64,000 nt of DNA from an uncultured Gemmatimonadales bacterium (GCA_963783305.1 CAWAMW010000016.1:480001-544000), one strand, 5' to 3'. Shown: positions 44,317 to 56,291, numbered from the stretch's first letter. Made by a program: numbers and translations. Notes: generated by a model not told the origin, from the letters alone.

Positions 44317-45569
44317 GGCTGCCGCCTCAGCCACGGGAGCGGGTCCACCGGGACCGGGGACTGACCTCGCACGGGGGCGTGAATCTGCAGGTACAGGTGC
44401 GGCCCCTCCTCCGGCCCCGACCCCACGGTCCCCAGCACGTACCCCGCCGGTACGTCCTGTCCTTCCTGTACCCGCGTTTCTCCGAGGTAGAGGTAGAGCG
44501 TGTAATAGCCGCCCCCGTGGCTCAGGACGACTCCAGGACCGAACCCCTCCATCGGCTCCGCCACCACGACTGTCCCCGCCCGCACCGCGCGCACCGGGGT
44601 ACCTGGCGCCGCCGCGATCCCGATGCCGTTGCGGCGCAGCGTGACACCGTTCGGTCGCCGCTCCGGACCAAAGCGGTACAGCAGCTCCCCCTCCACAGGC
44701 CAACTCAGCTGGCCCAGCGCGCTCGCGTCCAGGGTGGCCGCGCTGTTCGTCATCCCCGCGGCCGCGCGGCGCCGCTCGGCCTCCAGCCGTCGCCGTTCCA
44801 GGTCCTCGACCACCGCGTTCACCCGCCGCTCATCCTCCTCGAGCTGCGCCATACGACCTTCCGTCTCGCTGACCCGGGCGCGCACCGACTGGAGCGTACG
44901 GGCACGGGAATGCTCGAGGTAGCTCAGCTGTGCGAACTCCGACAGCTTCTCCTCTCGGAGCCTCTCGATCCGACCGAGGCTATGCTTCAGCTCCTGCTCC
45001 TGATCGGTCAGCTTCCGCTCCAGCTCCCCGATCTCGTCGAGAAGAAGTCGGTCGTGCACGCTGATGAGGTGCAGGTACTTGTACCGGTTCAGAAGGTCCC
45101 CGAAGCTGGCGGCGCTCAGCAGCACACGGGTGCTGTGCAGCGGACCCTGCTTGTAGATCGAACGGAGTCGCTGCGTAAGGACCACCGTCCTCTCCTTCAG
45201 TCGATCCCGCGTCTGCACCAGCTGCTGCGTGATGCCCTCCGCGTTCGCCGCCAGCGCAGCCGTCTGGTAGTCCAACTCCTGTAGCGCTGCCGCCGAAGCG
45301 TTCACCTGCCGCTCGATATTGCTGATCTCACCCGAGATATTGCGCGCCCGCCCGCGAAGCTGCTCCATCTCCTGCTGCAGGTCCCGCCGCTCCGCCCGGA
45401 TCTGCTCCAGCCGCGCCTGACTCGCCCGGATCTGCCCCTGCACCGTGTCCTGCTGTGCCACTACCGGCCACGGCAACGCGAGCAACGCGAGCAACGCGAG
45501 CCCTCGCGGGCGCAGGCCACCCCTCGCGGGCGCGGGCCGCCCCCCCGCGAGCCGAAGGCGAGCTCTCAT
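44313..45569 (-). CDS. envC: murein hydrolase activator EnvC (coiled coil plus degenerate M23 domain)
   Basis: Signal peptide, coiled coil, WPVEG, NGIGI, HGGGYYTLY; directly downstream of ftsEX. Confidence 0.85.
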   Translation of the reverse strand: MRARLRLAGGRPAPARGGLRPRGLALLALLALPWPVVAQQDTVQGQIRASQARLEQIRAERRDLQQEMEQLRGRARNISGEISNIERQVNASAAALQELDYQTAALAANAEGITQQLVQTRDRLKERTVVLTQRLRSIYKQGPLHSTRVLLSAASFGDLLNRYKYLHLISVHDRLLLDEIGELERKLTDQEQELKHSLGRIERLREEKLSEFAQLSYLEHSRARTLQSVRARVSETEGRMAQLEEDERRVNAVVEDLERRRLEAERRRAAAGMTNSAATLDASALGQLSWPVEGELLYRFGPERRPNGVTLRRNGIGIAAAPGTPVRAVRAGTVVVAEPMEGFGPGVVLSHGGGYYTLYLYLGETRVQEGQDVPAGYVLGTVGSGPEEGPHLYLQIHAPVRGQSPVPVDPLPWLRRQP

Positions 45570-46420
45570 ATCTCCTGGAGGTGCCGGTGGACCGCCCAGG
45601 AGCTGGCGAACGCGCCGAAGAGCGATCCCACCAGGAGCCCCAGCACGACCCACGACGTCGGAATCCACTCCAGGTGTACCACGGCGTCGGAAAGGAGTCG
45701 GAACACGACGTAGGTGGCGGGGAGCGCCATCAGAGAGCCGAGAATGCCGGTCAGCAGCCCTTCCAGCAGAAACGGCCGGCGGATGAACCAGTTCGTGGCG
45801 CCCACGAGCCGCATGATGGCGATCTCGTCACGGCGGGCAAAGATCGCGAGGCGGACGGCGGCGCCGATGATCAGAGCGGCCACGGCGGCAAAGGCGCCCC
45901 CGACGACGAGCGCCGCGGCGGCGGCCACTCGACGCAGGAGGTAGACCTTGTCGAGCCAGTCCTGGCCGTAGCGCACGTCTTCGACGAAGGGCAGCCCGGC
46001 GAGGAGGTCGGCCGTCCGGCGGACGGCATCCACATTACGCTGCCCTGGTTGGAGCGTGACTTCAATGGACGCGGGGAAGGGATTCCCGTCGAGCTCCGCG
46101 AAGATCGACTCGAACCCCGTGAGCTGCTCGCGGGCGAGTTCGTAGGCCTGGGCTCGCGAGATGTAGACCACGTCGCGCACCTGGTCGAGCTTCCGGGCCT
46201 CGTCCTGGAGGGCTTCGATCTGCTGTCCCGTGATGTCATCGTGCAGGTAGGCCACCACCGCCACGCGCGACTCGACCTGATCGAGCACGAGCCGGATGTT
46301 GTGCGCCGCCACTCCGAACAGCCCGACGACGAACAGGGAGAGACCGATCATGGCGGCCGACAGCCCCGTGAGAAGTGGAGCCCGGCGGAACGCCGCCAGC
46401 GCCTCGCGAAGAGAGTGCAT
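45566..46420 (-). CDS. ftsX: cell division permease FtsX
   Basis: NPFPASIEV, RRDEIAIMRLVGAT and IRRPFLLEG motifs. Confidence 0.93.
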   Translation of the reverse strand: MHSLREALAAFRRAPLLTGLSAAMIGLSLFVVGLFGVAAHNIRLVLDQVESRVAVVAYLHDDITGQQIEALQDEARKLDQVRDVVYISRAQAYELAREQLTGFESIFAELDGNPFPASIEVTLQPGQRNVDAVRRTADLLAGLPFVEDVRYGQDWLDKVYLLRRVAAAAALVVGGAFAAVAALIIGAAVRLAIFARRDEIAIMRLVGATNWFIRRPFLLEGLLTGILGSLMALPATYVVFRLLSDAVVHLEWIPTSWVVLGLLVGSLFGAFASSWAVHRHLQEI

Positions 46421-46423
46421 GCC

Positions 46424-47098
46424 TCAGCCCTCCGCGTGCGAGTCGTACACGAGCGCCCCGTGATCGAGCTCGAGCACCCGGGAGCTGGAGCTCTTCCGGA
46501 TCAGATCGGCGTCGTGGGTCGCCAGGAATACTGCCGTGCCAGCCGCGTTGATGCTCCGGAACAGCTCGTAGATCCCACGCGTCGCCCGCTCGTCCAGGTT
46601 CCCCGAGGGCTCGTCGGCCAGCAGCAGCATGGGGTCGTTTGCGAGCGCGCGCGCCACCGCCACCCGCTGCTGCTCGCCGCCTGAAAGCTCCGAGGGCAGG
46701 GAACGCGCCTTCGCGGCCAGCCCCACCTGCGCCAGCAGCCGTCCCACCTTCGAGCGCACCACCGGTTTGCGCGCCCCCGTCACCTCCAGCGCGAACGCGA
46801 CATTCTCGGCCGCCGTCCGATCGGGCAGGAGCCGAAAATCCTGGAAGATGTAGCCGATCTTCCTCCGCAGCATCGCGGTGTCCCGGCCGGAGAGCTGCCG
46901 CGTGTCATAGCCGCCCACCCTCACTTCGCCCGATGACGGGGGCTCCGACCCGTGTATGAGCCGGAGCGCCGTCGTCTTGCCCGCACCGCTGTGACCGGTG
47001 AGGAACACGAACTCGCCCTTCCGGATGTGGAAGGAAACATCGTTCAGCGCCGCGCCCACACGCGGGAACTCCTGCGTCACGTGCTCGAACCGGATCAC
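46424..47098 (-). CDS. ftsE: cell division ATP-binding protein FtsE
   Basis: GHSGAGKT, FQDFRLL, LSGGEQQRVAVARAL and ADEP motifs. Confidence 0.94.
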   Translation of the reverse strand: MIRFEHVTQEFPRVGAALNDVSFHIRKGEFVFLTGHSGAGKTTALRLIHGSEPPSSGEVRVGGYDTRQLSGRDTAMLRRKIGYIFQDFRLLPDRTAAENVAFALEVTGARKPVVRSKVGRLLAQVGLAAKARSLPSELSGGEQQRVAVARALANDPMLLLADEPSGNLDERATRGIYELFRSINAAGTAVFLATHDADLIRKSSSSRVLELDHGALVYDSHAEG

Positions 47099-48018
47099 AC
47101 CGTCACCATCGGGTCGGTGGACGCGAGGCGCGCCGCCACCCGCACGGCCTCGATCATCGACGCGGCATCGGCCATCCCCCGGCCGGCGATGTCCAGTGCC
47201 GTGCCATGGTCGGGGGACGTGCGTACGAAGGGGAGACCGAGCGTCACGTTCACGCCCGACCCGAAGCTCGCCGTCTTGAACGCGGCCATTCCCACGTCGT
47301 GGTAGGGCGCGATGACTGCATCGAAATCTCCGCGGATCGCCCGCACGAAGACCGTGTCGGCGGGAAGCGGACCCTCCACGTCCAGTCCTTCCTCCCGCAG
47401 GGCCATCACCACGGGCTTCATGATCCGCGCTTCCTGGTCCCCGAACAAACCTCCGTCAGAGGCGTGGGGGTTCAGCGCGCACAGCGCCAGACGGGGCCGC
47501 TCGATCCCCCAGGCCTCCCGCAGCGCCCGCGCCGTGATCCGCGCCTGCTTCGAGAGCTTCTCCGCCGTGACCGCCCGGGGCACCTCCTCGAGGGCGATGT
47601 GCGTGGTGGCGAGCACCACCCGCAGCGGACCCCCGAGCGCCGTATGCTCCGCGGCCATGAGCATCGCCACCTCCGGCGCGCCGGTGAGCGACTGGAGCAT
47701 CTCCGTGTGCCCCGGGAAGTGATAGCCCGCGGCGCTCAGCGCCGCTTTGTCGATGGGGGCCGTCACGATGCCCGCCACCTCACCGGCCAGAGCCATTGCC
47801 GTCGCTCGCTCGATCGCAGCGCCGGCGAGGCGGCCGGCCTCCACCATGCCGCTCCCGCCCCAGTCGCCCACCACCACGTCCGTGCGCACGCCCGTGCCCG
47901 CGGGACCGACGGTAAGGAGCTCGATGTCTGAGGCGGCCACCGCCGCGGCGGTGACCTCGGGGCCGATGCCCCGCGGGTCCCCGAGCGTGACCGCCAGCCG
48001 GATGTCGGGCCTCGTCAT
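47095..48018 (-). CDS. pdxA: 4-hydroxythreonine-4-phosphate dehydrogenase
   Basis: GDPRGIGPE, TAPIDK, GHTE, NPHA, PADT, YHD and RTSPDHGTA motifs. Confidence 0.95.
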   Translation of the reverse strand: MTRPDIRLAVTLGDPRGIGPEVTAAAVAASDIELLTVGPAGTGVRTDVVVGDWGGSGMVEAGRLAGAAIERATAMALAGEVAGIVTAPIDKAALSAAGYHFPGHTEMLQSLTGAPEVAMLMAAEHTALGGPLRVVLATTHIALEEVPRAVTAEKLSKQARITARALREAWGIERPRLALCALNPHASDGGLFGDQEARIMKPVVMALREEGLDVEGPLPADTVFVRAIRGDFDAVIAPYHDVGMAAFKTASFGSGVNVTLGLPFVRTSPDHGTALDIAGRGMADAASMIEAVRVAARLASTDPMVTV

Positions 48019-48042
48019 CAACCGCTCGCTATGATTGGAAGG

Positions 48043-49341
48043 TCAATACCGTATGTCGATGTAGGTGCTGCGCCGCAGCTCGTCCAGGACTTCCCGCATC
48101 AGCTTCTCCCGCTGCAGGAACTGCCGGATCTGCATCCGCATCTCCTCGTCCTCGATCGTATACTCGCCCGCCGCGGTCACGTCCTCTACCTTCACGACCG
48201 CGAACGACTCGTTGGCGCCGGGCACCGCGAACGGCCCCACCACCTGACCGGTCTGTGCGCCCCGGAGCTGCGTCCGGTACGGCTCGGGCAGAGAGTCCTG
48301 GAGTGCCGGTCCCACGTGCGGCGGCTCCGCCGCGTCGTGTACGGCCTCGATGAGGCTGTCCAGCGACGCACCCGCCCGCAGCCTGGAGGCGACCTCCTCC
48401 GCTCTGGCCCGCGTCTCGGCGCGATCCGCCGCGGTGATCTCCGGGCGGATCAGGATGTGGCGGACCAGCCGCTCCGGCCCCTTCACCTTCTCCACCTTGA
48501 TCAGGTGCAGACCGAAGGGCGTCTCCACGATCCCGCTCGTCTGACCCGGCCGCAGCGAGAAGGCGGCCCGGTCGAACTCGGGGACCATACGGCCGCGCCG
48601 GAACCATCCGAGATCGCCGCCCCGGTCGCGTGTGCCGGGGTCATCGCTGAAGCGGCGGGCGACCGTCTCGAAGTCCTCGCCCTCTCTCAGCGCCTCGATG
48701 GCCCTCTGCGCCTCCGCCGTGGCGGCCGCCCGGGCCGAGTCGGACGGCTCGGGCGTCACCACCACCTGCGCGAACTCGATGGTGGCCGGTCGGCGACCCA
48801 GCTCCGCGCGCCGGGCTTCGAAGAATTCCCGCACTTCGGCATCCGTTACCGGCGGCGGGCGCCGGTCCCGCTGGAGCACGGCCTCGAACTGCTGCCGGAT
48901 CCCCGCACGGCGGACGCCTTCCGTCACTGTCTCGCGGTACTGCTGGAGCGTCATGCCCTCGGTTTCCAGCGCCGCCTCGAACGCGGCGCGCCCGCCGAAG
49001 CGTCGCTCCTGTTCGCTCAGCGTCGCGGCGACCTGCGACTCGACATCGTTCGGCGCGACGGCGATCGAGTCGCGCTGCGCCGCCTGGATCATCACGAGCT
49101 CGTTCACCAGCGACTCCAGCTCCTGCCGCCGCAGCTGCGCCAGCTCTTCCGGGTCGGTGGGCACGGGCTCTCCGAACGCGCGTCTCCGCTCGATCTGCTC
49201 CTCCACCTCCGAGGCCAGGATGGCGCTGTCTCCCACGACGGCGACGACGCGGTCCACCATGTCGGGCTGAGCGTTCTGCGCGGCGCCGCCCATGGGCAGC
49301 GTCAGCGCGAGCGCGAATGCGGCTGTCAGACGTCGGATCAT
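48043..49341 (-). CDS. surA: SurA-like periplasmic chaperone / parvulin PPIase
   Basis: DRVVAVVG N-domain, GGDLGWF...PEF...TPFGLHLIKV, RHILI; upstream of pdxA. Confidence 0.85.
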   Translation of the reverse strand: MIRRLTAAFALALTLPMGGAAQNAQPDMVDRVVAVVGDSAILASEVEEQIERRRAFGEPVPTDPEELAQLRRQELESLVNELVMIQAAQRDSIAVAPNDVESQVAATLSEQERRFGGRAAFEAALETEGMTLQQYRETVTEGVRRAGIRQQFEAVLQRDRRPPPVTDAEVREFFEARRAELGRRPATIEFAQVVVTPEPSDSARAAATAEAQRAIEALREGEDFETVARRFSDDPGTRDRGGDLGWFRRGRMVPEFDRAAFSLRPGQTSGIVETPFGLHLIKVEKVKGPERLVRHILIRPEITAADRAETRARAEEVASRLRAGASLDSLIEAVHDAAEPPHVGPALQDSLPEPYRTQLRGAQTGQVVGPFAVPGANESFAVVKVEDVTAAGEYTIEDEEMRMQIRQFLQREKLMREVLDELRRSTYIDIRY

Positions 49342-49426
49342 GCTCTTCCGTTAATCCTGGGAATGCTACGGGCCGACCCGAACGGCCGGCCCGTGCTCTA
49401 ATATGCTCTCGACCCGCGCGAGTTCC

Positions 49427-50896
49427 TCATCCTGTGGTGTCGGCCGGGCTCGGGGCCGGAGTCGCGCCCTGTCCCGTGCCGGCGTTCGGCTGCGGCGCCG
49501 CGCCAGCCGGCGGCAGCGGCTGTGTCGTCGTGGGGTCGGCCCGCCGCGCCTCCAGCTCCTCCACGACCTTGGGGAAGGCGGACTCGTTCACCTGCCAGTC
49601 GAACTGGTCGCGCATGACGTACGGGAGCGCTCCCAGCGGGACCACGTTGCCGCGCCCGGCCAGGATCGCCTCCAGCAGGGAGCGGACTCGCCGCTCCACG
49701 GCCTGTGCCTCCGTCTCGCCCTCCTGGGGCGCGCCGCCGAGGCCCGCCTGCTGCGTCAGGCTCTGGAGCTCGGTCCGGATGAGGTCGCGCACCGAGTCCT
49801 GCTCCGCCTGCGGTACGCTGATCCCCCGGCTCCGGGCGTCCGCCAGCACGAGCTGGTTCGTCGCCAGGTTCTTCAGGACCTCCTCCATCTGCCCATCCTG
49901 GAGGCTCGAGTACTGGGCCTGCTGCTGGGGCGGCATGCGCCGGAGCATGGCCACGAAGTCGCGCGCCGTGACCGATCCACCGTCCCAGGAGACCAGCGCG
50001 CGCGAGGCGGCGCGGCCGCGCAGACGCTCGCCCGGGTTCTCCGCCAGCTCCTTCGCGACCTCTGTGGCCCCCGCCTCCACTTCCAGGTCCACCGGCTCAC
50101 GCAGAGCATCCACGTACTCGCCCAATGATTCCTGCCGACGCTGGTTGAGGAGACGCTCCCGGAACTGCTCTCCCTGCGCCGGGTCCCATGTGGGCGTCTC
50201 GCGCTCCTCCACCTTGATGATGTGGAGCCCGAACGGCGTCTCCACCACCTCACTTACCTCGCCCGGCGCCAGCGCGAAGGCAGCCTCCTCGAACGGCTGC
50301 ACCATCCGGCCCCGCTCGAACCAGCCCAGGTTGCCGCCGTCCCGGGCGCTCCCTGGATCCTGGCTGTGCTCCTGGGCCAGGGCGCCAAAGTCCTCGCCCG
50401 CCTCCGCTCGCGCCTGGAGCTCTTCCGCCAGCGCCCGCACCGAGTCCCGCGCCGCCTCCTCCGCGTCCTCCGGATAGGTGAGGAGGATGTGGCGTGCCCG
50501 GACCCGCTGTCCCGGGGCCTGCTCCTCGAACGCCGCCCTAAGCTCCTCGTCGGAGATCGTCGTGTCCGGGGTCATGACCTGATCGCGGAGCTTCAGGAAA
50601 GTGCTCTGCTCCACGTACGGCTCCACCATGGCGGTCAGGTCCAGCTCCGCGAGTGTGCTGTCCGCGGCCAGAAGGTTGGCCAGCATCATGTAATCGATCC
50701 ACAGGTCGGCCACCATGCCCACCACCTCCGGCTGAGGCGGGATACGCGGGTTGCCGGCCAGCATCTCGACGGTCTCGTCGACGGTCAGCTCCTGCTGCCC
50801 GACGCGCGCCACGACCCCGGTGTGGGCCGTCATTGCGTCGCACCCCACGAGCGCCAGCATCAACGTAAGGGACAGGAAGGACAGATATCGCTTCAT
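49427..50896 (-). CDS. parvulin-type peptidyl-prolyl isomerase lipoprotein (PrsA/PpiD-like)
   Basis: Lipobox LVGC; RARHILL, GGNLGWF, PFEEAAF and [10 protein letters not shown] motifs. Confidence 0.88.
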   Translation of the reverse strand: MKRYLSFLSLTLMLALVGCDAMTAHTGVVARVGQQELTVDETVEMLAGNPRIPPQPEVVGMVADLWIDYMMLANLLAADSTLAELDLTAMVEPYVEQSTFLKLRDQVMTPDTTISDEELRAAFEEQAPGQRVRARHILLTYPEDAEEAARDSVRALAEELQARAEAGEDFGALAQEHSQDPGSARDGGNLGWFERGRMVQPFEEAAFALAPGEVSEVVETPFGLHIIKVEERETPTWDPAQGEQFRERLLNQRRQESLGEYVDALREPVDLEVEAGATEVAKELAENPGERLRGRAASRALVSWDGGSVTARDFVAMLRRMPPQQQAQYSSLQDGQMEEVLKNLATNQLVLADARSRGISVPQAEQDSVRDLIRTELQSLTQQAGLGGAPQEGETEAQAVERRVRSLLEAILAGRGNVVPLGALPYVMRDQFDWQVNESAFPKVVEELEARRADPTTTQPLPPAGAAPQPNAGTGQGATPAPSPADTTG

Positions 50897-50961
50897 CGCT
50901 TCTCCTCTTGGATTCGGAACCGGTTGAATGTACCGGCACCAGTCACCGCGTACAACCCGGC

Positions 50962-53900
50962 CTAAGGGGTCTCGTCCGCGAGCAGCGTGAGGGCCTCCGC
51001 CACGGCCCCGGCGAGCGTGCCGGCGCCGAGCCGGTGCAGTACCAGGCTGAGCGGATCAGCGCGCTTTACCTCCACCTCGATCTGGCTCCCGTGCATGGCG
51101 CTCTGTAGCACCGTCATGCGCGGGACCACGTCGCCCCGGAACGTCAGTCGCGCCCGGTCCTTCCGCACATTGATCCGCTCCACTCCCAGCGCCTGTCCGA
51201 GGAGCCGGAGCCGAGCGGAATCGAGGAGTCGGACCACTTCCGCGGGCGGGCGGCCGAACCGATCCTCGATCTCGGTACGCAGCGCCACCACGTCTTCGAC
51301 GCTCTCCGCTCGCGACAGCCGGCGGTAGAGGTGGAGCTTCTGGGCCGAGTCTGCGAGGTAGTCGTCCGGGAGGTATGCCGGGCCATCCATGCCCACGTCC
51401 GGCGCGGGATAACGGTCGCGCTCTTCCTGCCCCTTCAGCCGTGCCACGGTCTTCTCGAGCAGGCGGGTGTACGTATCGATGCCCACCGCATGCACGTGCC
51501 CGGACTGGTCCGCGCCCAGGATGTTGCCCGCGCCCCGCAGCTCCAGGTCCTTCATGGCGATGGCGTAGCCGCTGCCCAGCTCCGTGTGGTGCTCCAGGAT
51601 CCGGAGCCGCTTCTCCGCCTCCACCGGGATCCCCTCCGGAGCGATCAGGTAACAGAACGCCCGGTGGTGCGACCGGCCCACGCGCCCCCGCAGCTGGTAC
51701 AGCTGGCTCAGCCCGAACATGTCCGCCCGGTCCACGATGAGCGTGTTGGCGGTGGGCACGTCCAGGCCGTTCTCGATGATGGCCGTGGTCACCAGGACGT
51801 GGAACTCACGTTCGAGAAACCGCCCCATGACGTCGTCCAGTTGCCGGGCTCCCATCTGACCGTGGGCGGTATCCACTTCCGTTTCGTCCGGGACCAGCCG
51901 CCGGATCCGATCCGCCACGGCGTTCAGCGACTCGATCCGGTTATGCACCACGAATACCTGTCCACCGCGGTCGAGCTCCCGCAGGATCGCGTCCCGCATG
52001 ATCTCGTCGATCCACGGGACCACGTGCGTGATGATCGGCATGCGGTCACGCGGCGGTGTCTGGATCAGCGACAGGTCCCGGAGCCCGGCGAGGGACAGGT
52101 GCAGCGTGCGCGGAATCGGGGTGGCGGTCATGGCCAGCACGTCCACGTTCCGCTTGATGTCCTTCAGTCGCTCCTTCTGTCTCACGCCGAACCGCTGCTC
52201 CTCGTCCACCACCATCAGTCCGAGGTCGCGGAAACCCACGTCGGGCTGCAGCAGCCGGTGCGTCCCGATCACCACGTCGACCTCCCCCGACACGAGGTCC
52301 GCGAGGATGGACTCCTGCTCCTTCGGTGTCCGGAACCGGCTCAGCGCCTCGATCCGCGCCGGATACTCGGCCAGCCGCTCCTGAAACGTGTGGAGGTGCT
52401 GCTCCACGAGAATCGTGGTGGGGGCCAGCACCGCCACCTGCCGCCCGTCCTGCACCGCCTTGAACGCCGCGCGAACCGCGATCTCCGTCTTCCCGTACCC
52501 TACGTCGCCGATGACCAGACGGTCCATGGGCCGCGGCGACTGCATGTCTGCCTTCACCGCCTCCGTGGCACGGCGCTGATCCGGCGTGTCCTCGTACAGG
52601 AATGAGCTCTCCATCTCCTTCTGCCAGCGCGAGTCCTCGGGGTAGGGCGGACGCGCCGCCATCTCCCGCGACGCGTACAGCTCGAGGAGCTCCGCTGCCA
52701 TCCGCTCGATGGCCTCCTGCGTCCTGCGCTTGATCCGCGACCAGGTCTTTCCGCCGATCTTGTGGACCGACGGCGGCTTCGCTCCTTCCCGGTCGGGCAC
52801 CCAGCGCTCGATGGCGTCCAGACGGTATACGGGGAGCCGGAGCACCTCGGCGCCGGCGTATTCGATGGCCAGCGATTCGATGGTCTGGCCGCCCACGGTC
52901 ACCTGCTCGAGCCCCTGGAACTGACCGATCCCATGGTCCATGTGGACCACGTAGTCGCCCGGCTGGAGCTGACTCAGGCTCTCGATGGCGCCACCACCGC
53001 TGAATCGCCGGCCGCGCCGGACTCGCCGCGCGCGCCGGAATATCTCGTGATCGGTGAGCACTCGGAGCGGGCGGTCGCCCTCCAGCACGAAGCCTCCCGC
53101 CAGCGCCCCGAGTGCCAGCGTCGCGCCCTCGGGGATCCCATCGGCGCCGCCCAGCAGCTCCTCGAGCCGCTCGAGCTGTCCGGTGTTGTCGCACAGGATC
53201 AGCGTGCGCTCGCCCCGCGCGGCTGCGGATCGCAGCAGTGACTCGAGTTTGGACGTGTCACGGTCCATCGCCTCGGGAGGACGCGCGTTCATCCGCAGCG
53301 TGGCCGTCTCCGTGCACACCACGCGGCCGAAGTCCCGAAGCTTGGCTAGAACCTCGGCAGGGGGCAGCATGAGGTGCTCGGGCGGCGTGGGGTCGGCGCC
53401 TCGCTGGACCTCCACGGCGTGGAGCTCGAGGAGCTTGCTCCACGCGCGCGCGTACGCCTGCTCATCGTCGCCGTGCAGCTGGATCAGCACGGCGTCGCGG
53501 GGCACCACATCCAGCAGCGACCGACGCCTCGACTCGCCGCCCCCCGCCAGCTTCAGGTCTACCGGCAGGATGTCCACCACCTCCAGAGTGTCGGTCGACC
53601 GCTGGTCGAGCACGTCGAAGCGCCGGATCGAAGTGATCTCGTCACCCCAGAATTCCAGTCGGACCGGGTCCTCGGCCCCGAAGCTGAACAGGTCCAGGAT
53701 CCCGCCGCGGGCCGCGTACTCGCCCACCTGCTCCACGAGCCCCGCCTGCTCGAAGCCCATGGACTCCACCCGCTCCACCAGGTCCGCCGGCCGGATTTCC
53801 TGCCCCACTCGCAGCGTCAGGCGGAGGTCGGCCAGCGCGTCCGGGATCCGCTCCTGCTCCTGCACCGCGCGAGGCGTGGTCACCAGCACGCGCGCGCGGC

Positions 53901-54243
53901 CGGAGAGCAGCGCCTCGAGGGCCTCCACCCGCTGGCCGCTGACTTCCACGTGGTGCTCTTCCGCCTCGAACGGCAGCGCCTCCCGCTGCGGGTACAGCGC
54001 ACTCGCACCCTCGTCCAGCACCGACGCGAGGTCCGACTCCACCGCTTCCGCCTCCGGCGGATCGCTCGCCACCACGATCCACAGGCGGCGCTTCAGGTCC
54101 CGCGACAGCGCGGCCGTCAACACCGCCGGGAGTGACCCCGGGAGATTGGCTACGCCCACGGTCATGCCAGGGCCTGGCAGCCCATCCCGTACCGCACGAT
54201 ACGCCGCCTGGCGCCGTACCGCCTCCACAATCTGCGGATGCAT
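50962..54243 (-). CDS. mfd: transcription-repair coupling factor
   Basis: [65 protein letters not shown] motifs; TRCF C-terminus. Confidence 0.97.
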   Translation of the reverse strand: MHPQIVEAVRRQAAYRAVRDGLPGPGMTVGVANLPGSLPAVLTAALSRDLKRRLWIVVASDPPEAEAVESDLASVLDEGASALYPQREALPFEAEEHHVEVSGQRVEALEALLSGRARVLVTTPRAVQEQERIPDALADLRLTLRVGQEIRPADLVERVESMGFEQAGLVEQVGEYAARGGILDLFSFGAEDPVRLEFWGDEITSIRRFDVLDQRSTDTLEVVDILPVDLKLAGGGESRRRSLLDVVPRDAVLIQLHGDDEQAYARAWSKLLELHAVEVQRGADPTPPEHLMLPPAEVLAKLRDFGRVVCTETATLRMNARPPEAMDRDTSKLESLLRSAAARGERTLILCDNTGQLERLEELLGGADGIPEGATLALGALAGGFVLEGDRPLRVLTDHEIFRRARRVRRGRRFSGGGAIESLSQLQPGDYVVHMDHGIGQFQGLEQVTVGGQTIESLAIEYAGAEVLRLPVYRLDAIERWVPDREGAKPPSVHKIGGKTWSRIKRRTQEAIERMAAELLELYASREMAARPPYPEDSRWQKEMESSFLYEDTPDQRRATEAVKADMQSPRPMDRLVIGDVGYGKTEIAVRAAFKAVQDGRQVAVLAPTTILVEQHLHTFQERLAEYPARIEALSRFRTPKEQESILADLVSGEVDVVIGTHRLLQPDVGFRDLGLMVVDEEQRFGVRQKERLKDIKRNVDVLAMTATPIPRTLHLSLAGLRDLSLIQTPPRDRMPIITHVVPWIDEIMRDAILRELDRGGQVFVVHNRIESLNAVADRIRRLVPDETEVDTAHGQMGARQLDDVMGRFLEREFHVLVTTAIIENGLDVPTANTLIVDRADMFGLSQLYQLRGRVGRSHHRAFCYLIAPEGIPVEAEKRLRILEHHTELGSGYAIAMKDLELRGAGNILGADQSGHVHAVGIDTYTRLLEKTVARLKGQEERDRYPAPDVGMDGPAYLPDDYLADSAQKLHLYRRLSRAESVEDVVALRTEIEDRFGRPPAEVVRLLDSARLRLLGQALGVERINVRKDRARLTFRGDVVPRMTVLQSAMHGSQIEVEVKRADPLSLVLHRLGAGTLAGAVAEALTLLADETP

Positions 54244-54364
54244 CAGCCTGCGACTCCTCCTCCACCAGCGGGGCGTTCCCGCCGGGGTGCTCCGTTTCCG
54301 GCTCGATCGTTCACGCCCGGAAGGTATGCGAACCCGCAGCAAAGGGGAAACCGCGTTCCGCGCG

Positions 54365-54393
54365 TTGTCGGGCCCGCGCGATCGCCCTATCTT
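54365..54393 (+). promoter_or_regulatory. sigma70-type promoter of the M28 peptidase
   Basis: TTGTCG-17 nt-TATCTT. Confidence 0.5.
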
Positions 54394-54426
54394 TGGCTCG
54401 TCCGGCACCTCCTCGAGCCACTCGGA

Positions 54427-55989
54427 ATGAAGCCCTACGCACTTGTCGCGGCGCTCGTCGCCGCCTGCTCGCCTCAGGGGCCCTGGACGGCCTCGCCGGA
54501 CACGGCGGCCACGCGCGCCGCGGCGGCCTCCATCACCCCCTCCGACATGTACGACCGTATTGCGTTCCTCGCCTCCGATGAACTGCGTGGACGCGACACG
54601 CCGAGTCCAGGCCTCGAGACCGCCGCCGCCTGGATCGCCGACGAGATGGCCGCGTTCGGCCTCGAGCCCGCGGGAGAGCAGGGCTGGCTCCAGCGCTACC
54701 CGTATCCCCAGGAGGGGCTCGACGCCGCCCGGACCAGCCTCGCCGCCGTGGCCGGCGCCACGCACTCCTTCGAGTACGGGGAGGAATTCTTCGCCTGGAG
54801 CGGCGCGGGACCCTCCGCCCCCGTGGGCGCCCTGTACGCCGGTTCCCGGCTCCCCGAGGACGCCAGCTCGCTTCGGGGTCGCGCCGTGGTGCTCACGCTC
54901 GAAGGGCTCCCCCAGCCCGCCGACGGCGGCTTGAGACTCGCGCGCTCCGCCCGCGATACCGTGGCTGCCATGCGGGTGCGCGCGGCGGATGCGGGCGCCG
55001 CCGCCCTGGTGCTGGTCCTGGAGGCGCCCATCGGTGCGGACCAGATGGCCCGTCTCGCGCGGGTCGCGGAGGCACCCCGGCGCACGGTGGGCGGCTCCGC
55101 GACGGACCGCCCGCTCCCCACCTTCTTCATGTCCCGACCGGCCGCCGGCCGCACCTTTCGCATGGCGGGGCTGGACCCCGCGCTCCTAGACGACGGCAGC
55201 GTCGCGCGGCCGGTGCCGCTGCCCGGCCTGACGTTGCAGCTGGCCGCGCCGTCGCGCATCCTCGAAGACAGTCGCCCGCCGAACGTGGTCGGCGTCCTGC
55301 GAGGCTCGGACTCGGAGCTCCAGGATACGTACGTGGTACTGAGCGCCCACATGGACCATGTCGGAGTGGGGCGCCCGGACGCGACCGGCGACTCCATCTA
55401 CAACGGCGCCGATGACGACGCGTCGGGCACGAGTGTCCTGATGGAGGTGGCCCAGGCCATGGCCATGCTCGAGACGCCGCCCCGTCGCTCCGTTCTGTTC
55501 CTGGCGGTGAGCGGGGAAGAGAAGGGGCTGCTCGGATCCCGCTGGTTCGCCGACCACCCGACCGTCCCGCTGGGCGCCATCGTGGCCAACATCAATATCG
55601 ACATGGTGGGACGGAATGCGCTCGACAGCATTGTCGTGATCGGCCAGGACTACTCGTCCATGGGTCGCACGCTGCAGGAGGTCGCGGATCGCCATCACGA
55701 TGAGCTCGGCCTCACCGTGGCCGAGGACATCTGGCCGGAGCAGCGCTTCTTCTACCGCAGCGACCACTTCAGCTTTGCCCGCAAGGAGATCCCGGCGCTC
55801 TTCTTCTTTGCCGGTACCCACGAGGACTACCACGCGCCGAGTGACGAGGTCGAGGCCGTCGACACCGAGAAGGCGGCGCGCGTGGCTCGTCTCGTATTCT
55901 ATCTTACGTACCAGATCGCACAGGGCACCGACGCGCCCGAATGGGACCGCCGCGGCCTCGAAGAGGTACGCCGGCTGACGCGACCGTAA
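54427..55989 (+). CDS. M28 family metallopeptidase lipoprotein with PA-like insert
   Basis: LASDELRGR, SAHMDH, NGADDDASG, GEEKGLLGS, NIDMVG, RSDH and DYH motifs. Confidence 0.92.
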   Translation: MKPYALVAALVAACSPQGPWTASPDTAATRAAAASITPSDMYDRIAFLASDELRGRDTPSPGLETAAAWIADEMAAFGLEPAGEQGWLQRYPYPQEGLDAARTSLAAVAGATHSFEYGEEFFAWSGAGPSAPVGALYAGSRLPEDASSLRGRAVVLTLEGLPQPADGGLRLARSARDTVAAMRVRAADAGAAALVLVLEAPIGADQMARLARVAEAPRRTVGGSATDRPLPTFFMSRPAAGRTFRMAGLDPALLDDGSVARPVPLPGLTLQLAAPSRILEDSRPPNVVGVLRGSDSELQDTYVVLSAHMDHVGVGRPDATGDSIYNGADDDASGTSVLMEVAQAMAMLETPPRRSVLFLAVSGEEKGLLGSRWFADHPTVPLGAIVANINIDMVGRNALDSIVVIGQDYSSMGRTLQEVADRHHDELGLTVAEDIWPEQRFFYRSDHFSFARKEIPALFFFAGTHEDYHAPSDEVEAVDTEKAARVARLVFYLTYQIAQGTDAPEWDRRGLEEVRRLTRP

Positions 55990-56015
55990 CTCTCAAACCC
56001 CGACGACGGACGACC

Positions 56016-56234
56016 ATGGGCATACGTTTTCTGGATTCCATCCTCGTGCTTCTCACTGCCACTTCGGTGGTATTCTCCGCCTACGCCATCGGCTACGCGC
56101 TCTCCAGCGAACACTCCGGACCCGCGTGGATCGCCGCGGCCGTGCTCATCGCGGTGGGCGTCCTCCTTGGCTGGTTCACCACCCGCCGCATCCGGGGGTA
56201 CGCCGAAAAGCACGAAAGCCACGCCGGGTACTGA
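56016..56234 (+). CDS. small two-TM membrane protein
   Basis: Two hydrophobic helices; fills the gap between genes. Confidence 0.6.
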   Translation: MGIRFLDSILVLLTATSVVFSAYAIGYALSSEHSGPAWIAAAVLIAVGVLLGWFTTRRIRGYAEKHESHAGY

Positions 56235-56291
56235 TCTCGCAAGCGGACCGTTTCCGACCTTCCATGCGCTCACTTTCACCAGGGTGCCATC

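Noticed and set aside
45473..45501. 9-bp tandem repeat GCAACGCGA x3
   Set aside because: It simply encodes the LALLALLAL hydrophobic core of the EnvC signal peptide.
54244..54765. N-terminal extension of mfd
   Set aside because: It overlaps the divergent M28 peptidase; a good GGAGGAG RBS precedes ATG 54243.
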